DNA of 64,000 nucleotides from Hadesarchaea archaeon (GCA_029259175.1 JAPDJH010000018.1:12104-76103); one strand, 5' to 3'; shown: positions 28,941 through 38,918, numbered from the stretch's first letter. The notes: generated by a model not told the origin, from the sequence alone. Numbers and translations: made by a program.

Positions 28941-29135
28941 GAATACCTCTGTTCAACTATCTGTCGTTCTTGCATTTATAGGTTTGTACCTCGGTTTTAA
29001 CCTTGAGACATACTTCAAAAAATGATGGGCCGCCAAGATTTGAACCCGTATTTACGGAATCTTCAAAAACGGCTCGCGTTCAAAAGTTTGACCTCAAGTG
29101 ATAAAAGCCGCGGCCGAGAAAGTGTGGTGAGAAAC

Positions 29136-29451
29136 ATGAAGAGCCCCACCAAAAAAAACACTGGCAGAGATAATCTCCATTTTAAGAAACCACAAGGCTG
29201 AACTGAGGGAAAAGTACAGGATCAAAGAAATCGGTGTTTTTGGCTCCTATGTGCGGGGGGAAGCGGAGCACACGAGCGATGTCGATATCTTGGTCGAATT
29301 TGAAGAAAACGCCGATGTTGGACTCATCAAGTTCGTGAAAATTGAAAACTACCTAAGCGACCTGCTCGGGATCAAGGTGGACTTGGTGGAAAAGAGCGCC
29401 CTAAAGCCCAAGATCGGCGCACACGTCGTGCAAGAGGTGATTCACGCTTGA
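29136..29451 (+). pseudogene. Minimal nucleotidyltransferase (MntA antitoxin), frameshifted in an A8 tract
   Basis: GVFGSYVRGE, SDVDILV and VDLV motifs. ATG 29136 is out of frame by one extra A at 29151-29158. Confidence 0.75.
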
Positions 29452-29535
29452 AACGGGAAATCGAAGATTATCTCCGCGACATTCTCAACGCAATGGAAAA
29501 GCAAGCGAGTTCACCGCAGGGATGAGTTGCGAACA
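29448..29535 (+). pseudogene. HepT/DUF86 HEPN toxin N-terminal remnant
   Basis: MKREIEDYLRDILNAMEK, then a frameshift to ASEFTAGMS, then truncated; overlaps the MNT stop. Confidence 0.7.
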
Positions 29536-29571
29536 CTCAAAAACACAAATTTAAGGAAAGTGTTCCAAGTA

Positions 29572-29781
29572 ATGATGGGAAAACACATGGCCGAATCCCT
29601 AACTCTTCAAGATCTCCAAGAAGAGATAATAAAGCTCAAAGCGGAAATTGAGAAGATAAAACGTGACTTGATTGAAAATCTCGAGCTATCTGATTGGGCA
29701 AAGAAACGCTTGAAGAGATATGAAAAAGGGAAGGAGCGGATCGTGGAGCATGAAGAAGTAAGGAGAGAAATCCTCAAATGA
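29572..29781 (+). CDS. Putative antitoxin partner of the downstream RelE
   Basis: Small charged protein ending VEHEEVRREILK; its stop overlaps the RelE ATG. Confidence 0.65.
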   Translation: MMGKHMAESLTLQDLQEEIIKLKAEIEKIKRDLIENLELSDWAKKRLKRYEKGKERIVEHEEVRREILK

Positions 29782-30034
29782 GCTTTATCATCAAGTGGAC
29801 CTCCGGTGCCAGAAAGACATTTTGAGCCTGGACAAAGAAGTCGCTAGGCGGATTCTGAGAAAAATTGAATCGATAACCGATTCCCCTTTTCGTTTTCTTG
29901 AACCGCTTCGGGGCCACCCGTACTACAAGCTCAGAGTCGGAGACTACAGGGTGATTTTTGACGTCAACAGGGAGAAGAGGATTCTGATCGTAGTGGTGGT
30001 AGGACATCGAAAGAAGATTTATCGAGGACTTTAA
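29778..30034 (+). pseudogene. RelE family toxin, frameshifted near 29815
   Basis: MSFIIKWTSGAR in one frame and KDILSLDK...KLRVGDYRVI..VGHRKKIY in another. Confidence 0.75.
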
Positions 30035-30154
30035 TCTCGGATCACTATCTAAACGCGCCGCTTGGATAGATCACATTAAATTAACAGTTCGAGTGGTGGG
30101 GCCGCCTACCATCTGGAATGCTCAACTGTCTCCCCGCAATCAGTCGGGCCAAGG

Positions 30155-30472
30155 ATGGAAGAAGAGGTCATCGAGGGCATCAGGGACATTCTGGAACGGC
30201 TGGCGAGGAACGAGTCCTTCAACCGGCTGGTACGGGAGTACTTCCGCATCTTGGCCCAGCCAGCGCTGAGGCGCGAACTCAAGGCCTCCAGAGCGTTCGA
30301 GGGATTCTCGGACGTCACGTGGTTCGCCCACCGGCTGGGCAGGTGGCGGACCAAGGGGGCGCGGGAGTGCCTGTCGCTACTCAGGCGGATCCACGAGAGC
30401 GTGAGGCGATTCGGCGTCGTCACGACGATGGATGCGCTGATGGAGGTGATGAGAAAGACAGAGCTGAGATAA
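30155..30472 (+). CDS. Hypothetical protein in a GC-rich patch
   Basis: Protein-like 105-aa ORF immediately after the att-like fragment. Confidence 0.5.
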   Translation: MEEEVIEGIRDILERLARNESFNRLVREYFRILAQPALRRELKASRAFEGFSDVTWFAHRLGRWRTKGARECLSLLRRIHESVRRFGVVTTMDALMEVMRKTELR

Positions 30473-30510
30473 GCGCTGTCAATTTATTACCTAACGCACA
30501 ATATGAGAAT

Positions 30511-31323
30511 TTGGTGAAGTATGTGAAAGAGAAAATTAGTGGACTTTTGAGAAAGTTTGAGAGCATAAAAGCAAACGTTTGGCAGGTTTACGGGACATTG
30601 GAAGAACTTGGAAAATTGCGAATCAGAGCCCAACAATCTTTGGATAGACACTATCTCATGGACGAGATAGAAAAACTGGAAAAAGCAAAAGTAAAAGAAA
30701 CCCAGATGATCTTGGAGGAATACCATAGTACCTCTTCAGATGTTTACAGTCTTCTCAACATGTCTCTTTCTTATTTCTCCCCTCCTAAAACAACAGAGGA
30801 GGCAAAGGGGATATTGCGTCGAATCGCGATAGAATGTGATGCCCTAATAGGTGCCCTAAATGTGTTAATTACGCCGCTCTCGCCTGAAGAGGTTGACCGA
30901 CTTAATCAATTACGTTCCGAGGTCAAAAAACTATCCAGCAAACTTGAGATAGGCTATGAGAAAAACTTGAATGAGGCAATAAACGAGTATGAGAAAGGAC
31001 ATTATTTGGCATCTGCGCTTATCACAGGCAGAGTAATCATCTACATTCTAGACCAAGTTGAGGGGGGAACTGAAGAAGAGAAGATTAAATTTCTGCAAGA
31101 TCACAACGTGATTCCTAGAGGGAGAAAAGATATTAAGGAGTTTATAATGAAAGCCAGCCGAAAGGCGCGTCATTTCTTTGCTCATGATATAAAAATTTTT
31201 GCCACGGCTTCCGATGCTTTGAGCCTCCTAGGTGATTGTGTAAAGCTAGTGGAGATACTGGCTAAGTTAAAAAACTCTTCTCAAAAAACAAGCCTGCAAT
31301 ATCGTCACATGTTTAAGAGATAA
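30511..31323 (+). CDS. Coiled-coil protein with a C-terminal HEPN-like (DUF4145-type) domain
   Basis: EAINEYEKGHYLASALITGR helix and RHFFAH (Rx4H). The true start is inferred after the GC shift. Confidence 0.55.
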   Translation: MVKYVKEKISGLLRKFESIKANVWQVYGTLEELGKLRIRAQQSLDRHYLMDEIEKLEKAKVKETQMILEEYHSTSSDVYSLLNMSLSYFSPPKTTEEAKGILRRIAIECDALIGALNVLITPLSPEEVDRLNQLRSEVKKLSSKLEIGYEKNLNEAINEYEKGHYLASALITGRVIIYILDQVEGGTEEEKIKFLQDHNVIPRGRKDIKEFIMKASRKARHFFAHDIKIFATASDALSLLGDCVKLVEILAKLKNSSQKTSLQYRHMFKR

Positions 31324-31342
31324 AAGTGAAAAGAGTTTGGAC

Positions 31343-32347
31343 ATGACAGCAAACAAATTACATTATGAGTGTAAGCATGGCGTGAAGATCTATAACAGTG
31401 ATGTGCTAGATGTCTACGAAGAGTGGGAGAGCCCAGATGTGATAATATCGGATGGACCGTATGGTTTGAATGCTTTCTATGGTGATTGCAAGGTACCAGA
31501 TGAACTTCCAGCTTGGTATGAACCCCATATAAAAGTTTGGTCTGAAAAAGCTAGGCCGGGCGCTACTCTATGGTTTTGGAATAGTGAAATAGGATGGGCG
31601 TTAGTACATCCTGTTCTAGTGAAGCATGGTTGGACTTATGTTCGCTTTAATGTCTGGGATAAGAGTATAGCACACGTAGCTGGAAACACCAACACAAAAA
31701 AATTGAGGGAGTTCCCCTGCGTCACAGAAGCATGTGTTCAGTATGTAAAGGAGGCAAAAATAGGAAATAAAACGCTTAAGGAATGGCTAAGGAGCGAATG
31801 GGAAAGAACTGGACTTCCACTCTATGAAGCTAATAAGGCGGCGGGTGTAGCCAACGCTGCAACTAGAAAGTGGTTGACTAAAGATCATCTTTGGTATACT
31901 CCACCACCAGAACAGTTTGAAAAGTTAGTAGAATACGCTAACGCTCATGGTAGGTCTACAGGAAGACCATATTTTTCGATAGACGGCAAGAAGCCAATTA
32001 CAAAAGAAGAATATGCGAGATTGTTGCCTAAATTCCATTGTAAAGTGGGAATAACCAACGTCTGGAAAGAGCCACCACTTCATGGTCCTGAGAGGATAAA
32101 AATAAAAAAAGGAGGAAAGTCTGCACATCTAAATCAAAAACCATTAAAGCTTATGAGACTCATTATTGAAGCCTCTTCAGATAGAGGCGATGTAATTTGG
32201 GAACCATTTGGTGGCCTATGTTCGGCCACTGTGGCTGCCCATCAATTAGGTCGTAAATGTTATGCTGCTGAGATAGAAAAAGAATTTTTCGAAATGGCTA
32301 TTAATCGTCTAAAATGTATATGTTCGGAGGGGTCTTTGCGTGTCTGA
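31343..32347 (+). CDS. N4/N6 DNA methyltransferase (beta order)
   Basis: SDGPY catalytic motif precedes HLNQKP and EPFGG (motif I). Confidence 0.9.
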   Translation: MTANKLHYECKHGVKIYNSDVLDVYEEWESPDVIISDGPYGLNAFYGDCKVPDELPAWYEPHIKVWSEKARPGATLWFWNSEIGWALVHPVLVKHGWTYVRFNVWDKSIAHVAGNTNTKKLREFPCVTEACVQYVKEAKIGNKTLKEWLRSEWERTGLPLYEANKAAGVANAATRKWLTKDHLWYTPPPEQFEKLVEYANAHGRSTGRPYFSIDGKKPITKEEYARLLPKFHCKVGITNVWKEPPLHGPERIKIKKGGKSAHLNQKPLKLMRLIIEASSDRGDVIWEPFGGLCSATVAAHQLGRKCYAAEIEKEFFEMAINRLKCICSEGSLRV

Positions 32348-33149
32348 GAAAGAGCCCCAACTTAGGGAACCGTCCAAAGAATGGCCCCACTACGAGTTGT
32401 GGATGAGAACCAGAAATTTGCTAAAAGAATTGCCTACGTATTTTAAAAGCACATTGAATATAACATCTGCCGTTAATGTAACTGAAATATATGCCTTCGG
32501 CACAGCTCTTAGCTATACGATTGAGGAAGAGGTTGTGAACACTCTCAACAAGGAAAAAGAACTGCTAGATCCTGATGGAAAATATTGTGAATACTCCTTT
32601 ACTAGACAGGCACAATCATTCCCCGATGTGTTATTTCTAAATTCAGAAAAAGGTGACATAATAATGGGAATAGAGCTAAAATCGTGGTATCTCTTGGCGA
32701 AAGAGGGTGAACCGAGTTTTCGTTATAAAGTCACGCCTAGCGCGTGCGCCTTACAAGACTTGTTAGTTGTGGTACCTTGGGCCCTATCCAACGTGGTAAC
32801 CGGGAATCCTATAGTTTTTGAACCATTCGTAATATCTGCTAGATATGCGGCGGAATATCGAAATTATTGGTGGAAGCACTTGAGAAAGGCAGAGGGCAAC
32901 ACGGATATTTCCTCGCCCGACGGAGTCAGTTCTTATCCTTCTAGCCGTGAAAGGATAGACGATGAACCTGCTTATGATCCTGGTAGAAACTTTGGAAGAT
33001 TAGCAAGGACAGAAATTATGGATAAATGGGTAAAGAGATGTAAAAAGGAAAAACTACTCGGAATAGAGATAGAAAAATGGATTGAATTCTTCAAAACGGG
33101 TAAAATCAGACATAAGGAAATTTGTGAAAAACGGCTGAAGTCATCATAG
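32340..33149 (+). CDS. Putative type II restriction endonuclease
   Basis: FPDV...IELK PD-(D/E)XK motif; overlaps the MTase. Confidence 0.75.
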   Translation: MSEKEPQLREPSKEWPHYELWMRTRNLLKELPTYFKSTLNITSAVNVTEIYAFGTALSYTIEEEVVNTLNKEKELLDPDGKYCEYSFTRQAQSFPDVLFLNSEKGDIIMGIELKSWYLLAKEGEPSFRYKVTPSACALQDLLVVVPWALSNVVTGNPIVFEPFVISARYAAEYRNYWWKHLRKAEGNTDISSPDGVSSYPSSRERIDDEPAYDPGRNFGRLARTEIMDKWVKRCKKEKLLGIEIEKWIEFFKTGKIRHKEICEKRLKSS

Positions 33150-33158
33150 CACCTGCTC

Positions 33159-34604
33159 TTAGGGGCCCCCTGTTTCAGTCTCCTTTGTCCAACATTGTAC
33201 TTTCATGACAATTAGGACAAGAATTATGCTAGCGATTGAGAGGATAGATATCGAAGGACCAATTATGAAACCAATCCCACCATAAAAAAATATGAAAAAT
33301 AAGCCGATCAACCCGGATGTACTCACCACGCCGATCATATTACGGAACTGTCTATTTTCCATAAATTGTATCCCGCAGATACAACATCTAATTCCTCTTT
33401 CGGCAAAAAATATCAAAGACATCATAACAAAGATTGCCCAAATATTTTTGTCCAAGTTTTGTAGAAGAGCCAAAATTATATAAAGACCAGAAGTGATGGT
33501 TGCAACATAAATAAAAGTGAGAATGCCTAGAAGAGCGGAAGATATAGATTTTGATGTAAGTTTATACTGAAAAATTTGCAAGATTGCGCGCTTTGCTGTT
33601 TCCTTTTCTTTTGGGAAGAAAATTGATAAAACCACATAAAAGAGAAGTAAAAATACAAACCAAACCAAAATGTTAGTGATGAGGACCTTGAAAGACGATA
33701 AGAAAGTAAACTCGCTTAGAAAAACATTTTCGTAACTCGTTTTACCTGCGGTTACTTTAACTACCTTCTCGGCTCGATATCCAATCATTCCCCCCGATTC
33801 AATGATTATTTTGTATTCGCCTTCACCCAGATTGAAAACGCACGCACCGTTCTCATCAGTCAAGAATGGTGCCGAACTCCGCGTTCTCACCACACGTACT
33901 CGTGCGTTTGGCACAGGTTCGTTTTCCTTTCTAACACTGATGATTAACTTGCCGGTTCTCTTTACGTACCGAGTGGTAACATCATGTGCTGTGCCAGAGT
34001 CGTCAACGGCGTATACGAAAAAGAGTTGTTCTCCTCCTCCATTTTCATTCTCTGGACGCTCGTAAAATGCAGGATCGTTAATAATGCCTCTCTTCCCAGT
34101 TGCTGGATTAGTTTTGCTTGGGTCAACATGTATCCAATCTCCATTAATTTTTACCTCAGCCCAAGCATGATCCAGACCCAAATTGTACACAACCCGGGCA
34201 TTATCTATGCCTGCTGTTTTTGCCAATTCTACGAACAGCCTTGCAAACTCTTCACATGCGCCGTGTTTGAAGAACATTATCCATTGTGGATGCATAAGTC
34301 GAAGGTACGTGACAGGGATCCTATCTAATAGAAAATATAGCGGCGGTATGGAGCTATGCGGACGCTTGTAAATGATTTTCCCCTCAAAATTTCTATCCTC
34401 CCACTCAATAATCGCATTGATAATGGACAAATGATTCGAATTCTTGCTACCGATTTCAGTCCCGACTTTTTGTATTTCCGCCTCTCCCAATATTTGGACG
34501 ACAAAGTAGGGAAGCCAGAAGGTAGATAGAACGGTTAGTAATAGAAGCGCTGTCGCTAGATAGGTCTTGAACTTTTTCCACTTTCTTTCTGTGTTTGATG
34601 GCAT
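33159..34604 (-). CDS. Membrane protein with a transglutaminase-like domain
   Basis: GACEEFA, DHAWAEV and WIHVDP (C-H-D triad), followed by a beta domain and C-terminal TMs. Confidence 0.85.
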   Translation of the reverse strand: MPSNTERKWKKFKTYLATALLLLTVLSTFWLPYFVVQILGEAEIQKVGTEIGSKNSNHLSIINAIIEWEDRNFEGKIIYKRPHSSIPPLYFLLDRIPVTYLRLMHPQWIMFFKHGACEEFARLFVELAKTAGIDNARVVYNLGLDHAWAEVKINGDWIHVDPSKTNPATGKRGIINDPAFYERPENENGGGEQLFFVYAVDDSGTAHDVTTRYVKRTGKLIISVRKENEPVPNARVRVVRTRSSAPFLTDENGACVFNLGEGEYKIIIESGGMIGYRAEKVVKVTAGKTSYENVFLSEFTFLSSFKVLITNILVWFVFLLLFYVVLSIFFPKEKETAKRAILQIFQYKLTSKSISSALLGILTFIYVATITSGLYIILALLQNLDKNIWAIFVMMSLIFFAERGIRCCICGIQFMENRQFRNMIGVVSTSGLIGLFFIFFYGGIGFIIGPSISILSIASIILVLIVMKVQCWTKETETGGP

Positions 34605-34800
34605 GTCCCACCAATTGTATCGTTTTTCATTTAGTTAGAAGAATGTAACTCCGCAATTATCACGAAGCATTTTTAGAATGCAACGTGTTCTCTCATTTTT
34701 ATCAACGATGATCCTCCACCAGCCTGCTCATCAGCTCGTCCACCACTGTACACGGCATCTTCGTAATTCAGCGACACGGTAGACCATTGAGCAATCCGAA

Positions 34801-34934
34801 TGGTGGGGCCGCCAGGATTTGAACCCGGGTTTGCGGGTCTCACCGCGCCAGTGGGTCATCATCTCCACATCAGCAGACCCACAATCTCTCGGCCCACTGG
34901 AGCCCGCCGTGATACCAGGCTACACTACGGCCCC
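34801..34934 (-). tRNA. tRNA-Trp(CCA) with a 58-nt intron (34839-34896) and encoded CCA end
   Basis: GGGGCCG/CGGCCCC acceptor stem, GCGGG-CTCCAG-[intron]-A-CCCGC anticodon arm, GTTCAAATC T-loop; 76 nt when spliced. Confidence 0.95.
34839..34896 (-). ncRNA. Intron-encoded box C/D guide RNA of tRNA-Trp
   Basis: CTGA and ATGATGA boxes. Guides GGGTCT and CCCACTGG are complementary to the pre-tRNA around positions 39 and 34. Confidence 0.75.
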
Positions 34935-34970
34935 ACCAACGCTATTTACTCTCGGTCAAGTTATTAAACT

Positions 34971-36155
34971 TCACCAGCTCGGGCCGAAGATGAAGAGAAC
35001 AGCGAAGATGATGACGAAAACTCCAACCCCCATGATTCTCCACAGGATGTGGGGCTTCGGCTTCTCCTCGATCTCGTAGTAGTGCTCCTGCTCCATCATG
35101 CCCATCATGCCTTCAGTAGCAACCAGACCCACTGCTCCCTCGGGGGGTGCGAAGATCTCATATGGTTTTTGTTCCTTGGTCTTCTGCCTCCACCAGTAGT
35201 AGATGGCCCCTATAATCGACCACGGCACCGCAATCACGAAGAAGAGGTATGGAATGAGACCGAGCGAGCTGATCGCCGGTACGGTGTAGCTGGTGCTCAC
35301 TTCAGCATTGTACATGTTCATGTTCCACAGGATGATAGCTATACAAGAGTAGACCGTGAAAGCGTTCCAGTAGGGGTTCGCCGCGCTGACCAGATACAGT
35401 CCGCTGGTGCGGTGTTTGGTGATGGGCCAGAAAAGATTGTTCCCCAAGTGCCCGAAAGAGTCCAGCACGATGTGCATGAACCAGCCAAGAAAGATGACGG
35501 CGCCCAGCTGCCACATTCCGGAAATCAGCCAGCCGAGCAGGGCGAAAACTATTCCGAGGGTCAGACTGTGGGCCCACTGGCGGTGGAAAGGTATGAAAAC
35601 AACCTCAACTGCTCCGTCCTTTCGTTTCAGGAACCCGAACGATGGCCCGCTGAAACCTTTGATCTCGGTGGGTCTGCCATACGTCTCTATCAGTTTGGGT
35701 TTGAACTTGGCCACGCCAACCGCCTTTTCGGCTGGGGGTTCGGTGCCAAACACTGGCACGCCGGACATGGTCACGTGGGGGCCCACGCGCACCTCGACCT
35801 GTTTCTGAGCCTTGTTGAAGTTGATTGCGTACGACTGCCAGAGATCTGGTCCTATCTTCAGGGTGTGGAGCTTGACCTTCCGCATCTGCCCGGGCTGGAG
35901 ATTGGCTGCCGCATCGATTTCGGCCGCTATTTTTTCTGCGATTTCTTGCGGGCGCATGTCGTACGGATTAGGATCGATTACTGTGTGGTGTTGCTCCATG
36001 TAAACGGCAAATTTGAAGTCCAGCGTGTCGGGGAGCAATCCGAAAATTCCGCCGAGCACGATGAGCCACCAGTCCTCCAGCAGGGCGCCCACCATCAGAC
36101 TCTTGAAAAACGTCGCGACCGTGATTCCCATTATGAAGTGAGTCACCCCGCGCAT
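34971..36155 (-). CDS. Membrane-bound metal-dependent hydrolase (YdjM/DUF457-like) with a soluble insertion
   Basis: TH, LLPDTLD, HRQWAHS, HIVLD and LFWP motifs; multiple TMs. Confidence 0.8.
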   Translation of the reverse strand: MRGVTHFIMGITVATFFKSLMVGALLEDWWLIVLGGIFGLLPDTLDFKFAVYMEQHHTVIDPNPYDMRPQEIAEKIAAEIDAAANLQPGQMRKVKLHTLKIGPDLWQSYAINFNKAQKQVEVRVGPHVTMSGVPVFGTEPPAEKAVGVAKFKPKLIETYGRPTEIKGFSGPSFGFLKRKDGAVEVVFIPFHRQWAHSLTLGIVFALLGWLISGMWQLGAVIFLGWFMHIVLDSFGHLGNNLFWPITKHRTSGLYLVSAANPYWNAFTVYSCIAIILWNMNMYNAEVSTSYTVPAISSLGLIPYLFFVIAVPWSIIGAIYYWWRQKTKEQKPYEIFAPPEGAVGLVATEGMMGMMEQEHYYEIEEKPKPHILWRIMGVGVFVIIFAVLFIFGPSW

Positions 36156-36156
36156 C

Positions 36157-37473
36157 TCAGTACACCCCCAGCACCTTCAACACGTCTGCACGCAGTCCGC
36201 ACATGTTTAAGAAAATGGGGAAGAAGAACCCGATTATCATGTTGAGCCTTCGGGTCCGGAAGAGTGGTGGTATGAGACCGAGTCCCGTGCAGATGGTCAT
36301 CAAGATGAGCCCCTCGATGCCCGCAAAACCATAAACGAGCGCGATTATGCAGACCAGAACGCCCAGCGAAACCTTGGTATAACTGAAGCCCGAGATTATC
36401 CTAGCTATGAACCTCGATATCAAATACATCAGCACGAATGCCGCTACCGCCGAGACAGCAATAGCAGAGACGAGAAGCCAGAAATCGCTCTCTGCTCGCG
36501 GCTGGTAGACAACGCTGGTTATCCACGCCATTCCGCCGCGCGTCAAGTGAAGCAGTGGTACCCAGAACAGGAAGAACGCCCCCACGTAGTATGCAAACCT
36601 GCCCGCTGCTCCCGAGACCATGAACTGGATATCTCCCTGAGTGCCTGTCGAGTGACCAGCTAGAACTCCTCCCACACCCGCTGTGACAATCGGCTCAAAT
36701 GCCGCAAACATTCCACCCAAGAAGCCGGCGGATGTGCCACGGAGCAAGTCCATTTTTCTGACATACATGTCCTTCCCGATATGTTGCTTCGGGATGGTAG
36801 CTCTCGATACCAGATTGGTGAGAACCCATGGAACGGCGAAGAATCCTACAAACACTGGCATGATGTTCTGAAACGCCCGGTCTGCTGGGGTGACGGGAGT
36901 ATTGAGCACTATGAATCCCAGCAACATGGAGAGGATAAATGTGAGCCAACCGGCACTCAAACTGGCCCACCCGTCCTTCAAGCGACCCAACCTAGTTTTT
37001 GCACGACTGCCCCAGTCCTTCGGCCACTCCGATTGCAACAGATAAGCGGCAACGCCGATGAGGATCCAACCCATGTGTGGGGTTGTGATCTTGCGGAAGA
37101 TTGGGAAAAGAGTGGGAGAGATGGGTGCAATTAGTATCAACAGGAGCGCGGCACCAAGAGCGCCCACGCCCGTTATGACCGAGGCCTCGTGGCCGCGACC
37201 GTAAACGAGAAACTTCTGGTTCGGGAACGCCATGTACATGGTGCTGTCGTCCGGTGAGCCCATGTAGGTGGTGGTTATGGTTCCGATTACGGCGTACGCC
37301 ACCAGCATTCCGGCGAAGAGCAACGCGAGACCGAGCGGATCCATCGGGAACGTCAAGTAGACGAACACGCCAATCCCAGCAAAGTTCAGCGGGTGAAGTC
37401 CTGGCAGAATGGAAAGAACACCACCAAAGAGCACCCCAACCAGCGCGTATATCAGGTACACTACAGGCATCAT
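36157..37473 (-). CDS. TctA/DUF112 tripartite tricarboxylate transporter-like permease
   Basis: LPGLH, GSPDD, GRGHEA, FQNIMPVFVGFF and LGLIP...RR motifs; about 12 TMs. Confidence 0.8.
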   Translation of the reverse strand: MMPVVYLIYALVGVLFGGVLSILPGLHPLNFAGIGVFVYLTFPMDPLGLALLFAGMLVAYAVIGTITTTYMGSPDDSTMYMAFPNQKFLVYGRGHEASVITGVGALGAALLLILIAPISPTLFPIFRKITTPHMGWILIGVAAYLLQSEWPKDWGSRAKTRLGRLKDGWASLSAGWLTFILSMLLGFIVLNTPVTPADRAFQNIMPVFVGFFAVPWVLTNLVSRATIPKQHIGKDMYVRKMDLLRGTSAGFLGGMFAAFEPIVTAGVGGVLAGHSTGTQGDIQFMVSGAAGRFAYYVGAFFLFWVPLLHLTRGGMAWITSVVYQPRAESDFWLLVSAIAVSAVAAFVLMYLISRFIARIISGFSYTKVSLGVLVCIIALVYGFAGIEGLILMTICTGLGLIPPLFRTRRLNMIIGFFFPIFLNMCGLRADVLKVLGVY

Positions 37474-38918
37474 ATCACCTCGATATCACTCATTGTGCCC
37501 GGCTGGATCACTCTGGAACCAATATAGGACATGTCGACGACTTGACCCACGACTCGAACATTTTCTCCTTCGGTGGGTGGATCGGTCAACCGCTCATAAA
37601 TAAAGTTCGGCATGTAAATCTGGACATCGTTGCCGTGCGTGTCCTCTACTGTGAGAACACGATCCGGCGGAAGCGCTCCTTTATATCGTTCGGTTATTGA
37701 CACCACCCGCCCTGACAGAGAAACAAGGCGATCGGTCCACGAACTGTCTATTAGGGCGAAGTTCTCCACAGAATCCGGGCTCCACGTTCCGTTCTCGATT
37801 AGCGGTGTTTGTGGGCCGACCCATGAAATCACGATAGACCCACCGTAACGTGCGACTTTACCGATGGCCTCCAGCTGTGCTCCGCGCTGAATCAACAGTC
37901 TGGTTTCACGGGGGAGCTGCTCAAACTTGTCTTCGCTTATCACCAGCTTGGGGTATTGCTCGTTATCGAGCCACAAGAACCTGCTCGCGATTTCTAGATC
38001 TGTACCGGTACCCTCCAGCTCAACGAACAAAATCTTTCCGCTGACTCGAACGTAGTTGTCCAGCAAGTTCTCGTTTATCTCGCTCAGAGCCACCGACGGA
38101 ACATTCTCGTGAGAGAGAACTTCGATCTCGTCGAAACGGGCAATCGCAAGCTGTGGTTGCCCACTATACTCCGAAAGACCCGCCTCGATTCTTACCCGAT
38201 CCAGCACTTGGAGATCCAAAGAACGCTTTTCTAAGTATGATCCAAGCCCATTGTGGACATACACTTGGATTTCTTGATCATCATCGCGCAGGTAGTACAC
38301 GTTGGCAGAACTCAAGGGGCGAATGTCCGTTATGGTTCCCTCCACGATCACTCGCCGGTAGAGAAGCGAATCCGGCGTATCCCATGTGCTAAGGATTTTA
38401 GATATAGTAGTAGACACAGGCTGTGCTTCAGTTATTTGTAGGTCTTCCGGGAAGGAAATACGTATCTCACGGTCCGTGCTGGATGGAACGCGAAGCTGAC
38501 CGAAAATTACAACATGATCACCCACTCGCGGTATTCTGTTCTCTAGCAGAAGTTCTTCAAACGCTGGTGAATAGACTTCGGCGGTTATGGTCGCTTCACT
38601 CGGATTTTCGGAACTCCCATCCCATACATCAAATGAGAAAGAGGTTGGACCATACCGCGGGCCGGAAACCACCGTGCCTTCGATCCACACGTACGAGTAA
38701 TCTAGCCAGCTGTCAATGTTTGCTATTGGTGTGGGTGAGACCGCGGAGGTCGCCAGATGGAGATAGAAAAAGATTCCGCCCAAGACCAAGATTGACGCAC
38801 AAAACGCCCAAACATAACGCATCGACACTTTGCTCCTAGGGTCTGCTCCACAGTGGGGGCACGGGACGAATCCACCCGTTGGCTTTCCACAACTGGGACA
38901 GACCTGTTCTTCCGTCAT
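37470..38918 (-). CDS. Zn-ribbon + TM + ~4 OB-fold protein
   Basis: CPSC/CPHC, one TM, and repeats of V.(I/V)EG.(V/I)...GD.V...G.L..Y.G..QL. Confidence 0.75.
   Translation of the reverse strand: MTEEQVCPSCGKPTGGFVPCPHCGADPRSKVSMRYVWAFCASILVLGGIFFYLHLATSAVSPTPIANIDSWLDYSYVWIEGTVVSGPRYGPTSFSFDVWDGSSENPSEATITAEVYSPAFEELLLENRIPRVGDHVVIFGQLRVPSSTDREIRISFPEDLQITEAQPVSTTISKILSTWDTPDSLLYRRVIVEGTITDIRPLSSANVYYLRDDDQEIQVYVHNGLGSYLEKRSLDLQVLDRVRIEAGLSEYSGQPQLAIARFDEIEVLSHENVPSVALSEINENLLDNYVRVSGKILFVELEGTGTDLEIASRFLWLDNEQYPKLVISEDKFEQLPRETRLLIQRGAQLEAIGKVARYGGSIVISWVGPQTPLIENGTWSPDSVENFALIDSSWTDRLVSLSGRVVSITERYKGALPPDRVLTVEDTHGNDVQIYMPNFIYERLTDPPTEGENVRVVGQVVDMSYIGSRVIQPGTMSDIEVI

Larger units (their letters stand above)
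27703..34800. mobile_element. Decayed integrative/defence island at the 3' end of tRNA-Trp
   Basis: Degenerate tRNA-Trp 3' fragments at 27703-27742, 27794-27820, 29023-29048 and 30094-30106; lower GC; TA and R-M cargo; no integrase seen. Confidence 0.7.

Noticed and set aside
27703-30106. tRNA-like fragments as additional tRNA genes or a CRISPR array
   Set aside because: They are only partial 3' halves with irregular spacing and no 5' halves. No regularly spaced repeats or cas genes were seen in the window.
30118-31323. 401-aa ORF as a single gene
   Set aside because: The first ~120 codons are an off-frame read of the GC-rich 30155-30472 ORF. Composition changes sharply near 30480, so the real gene likely starts at ~30511.
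34605-34800. Split (SSV-type) integrase next to tRNA-Trp
   Set aside because: No tyrosine-recombinase R-H-R-Y motifs are recognisable in any frame.
35049-36245. Long antisense ORFs (also 46311-47066, 18261-18950, 55746-56420, 13125-13649)
   Set aside because: They are shadow frames of well-supported genes and have no recognisable motifs.
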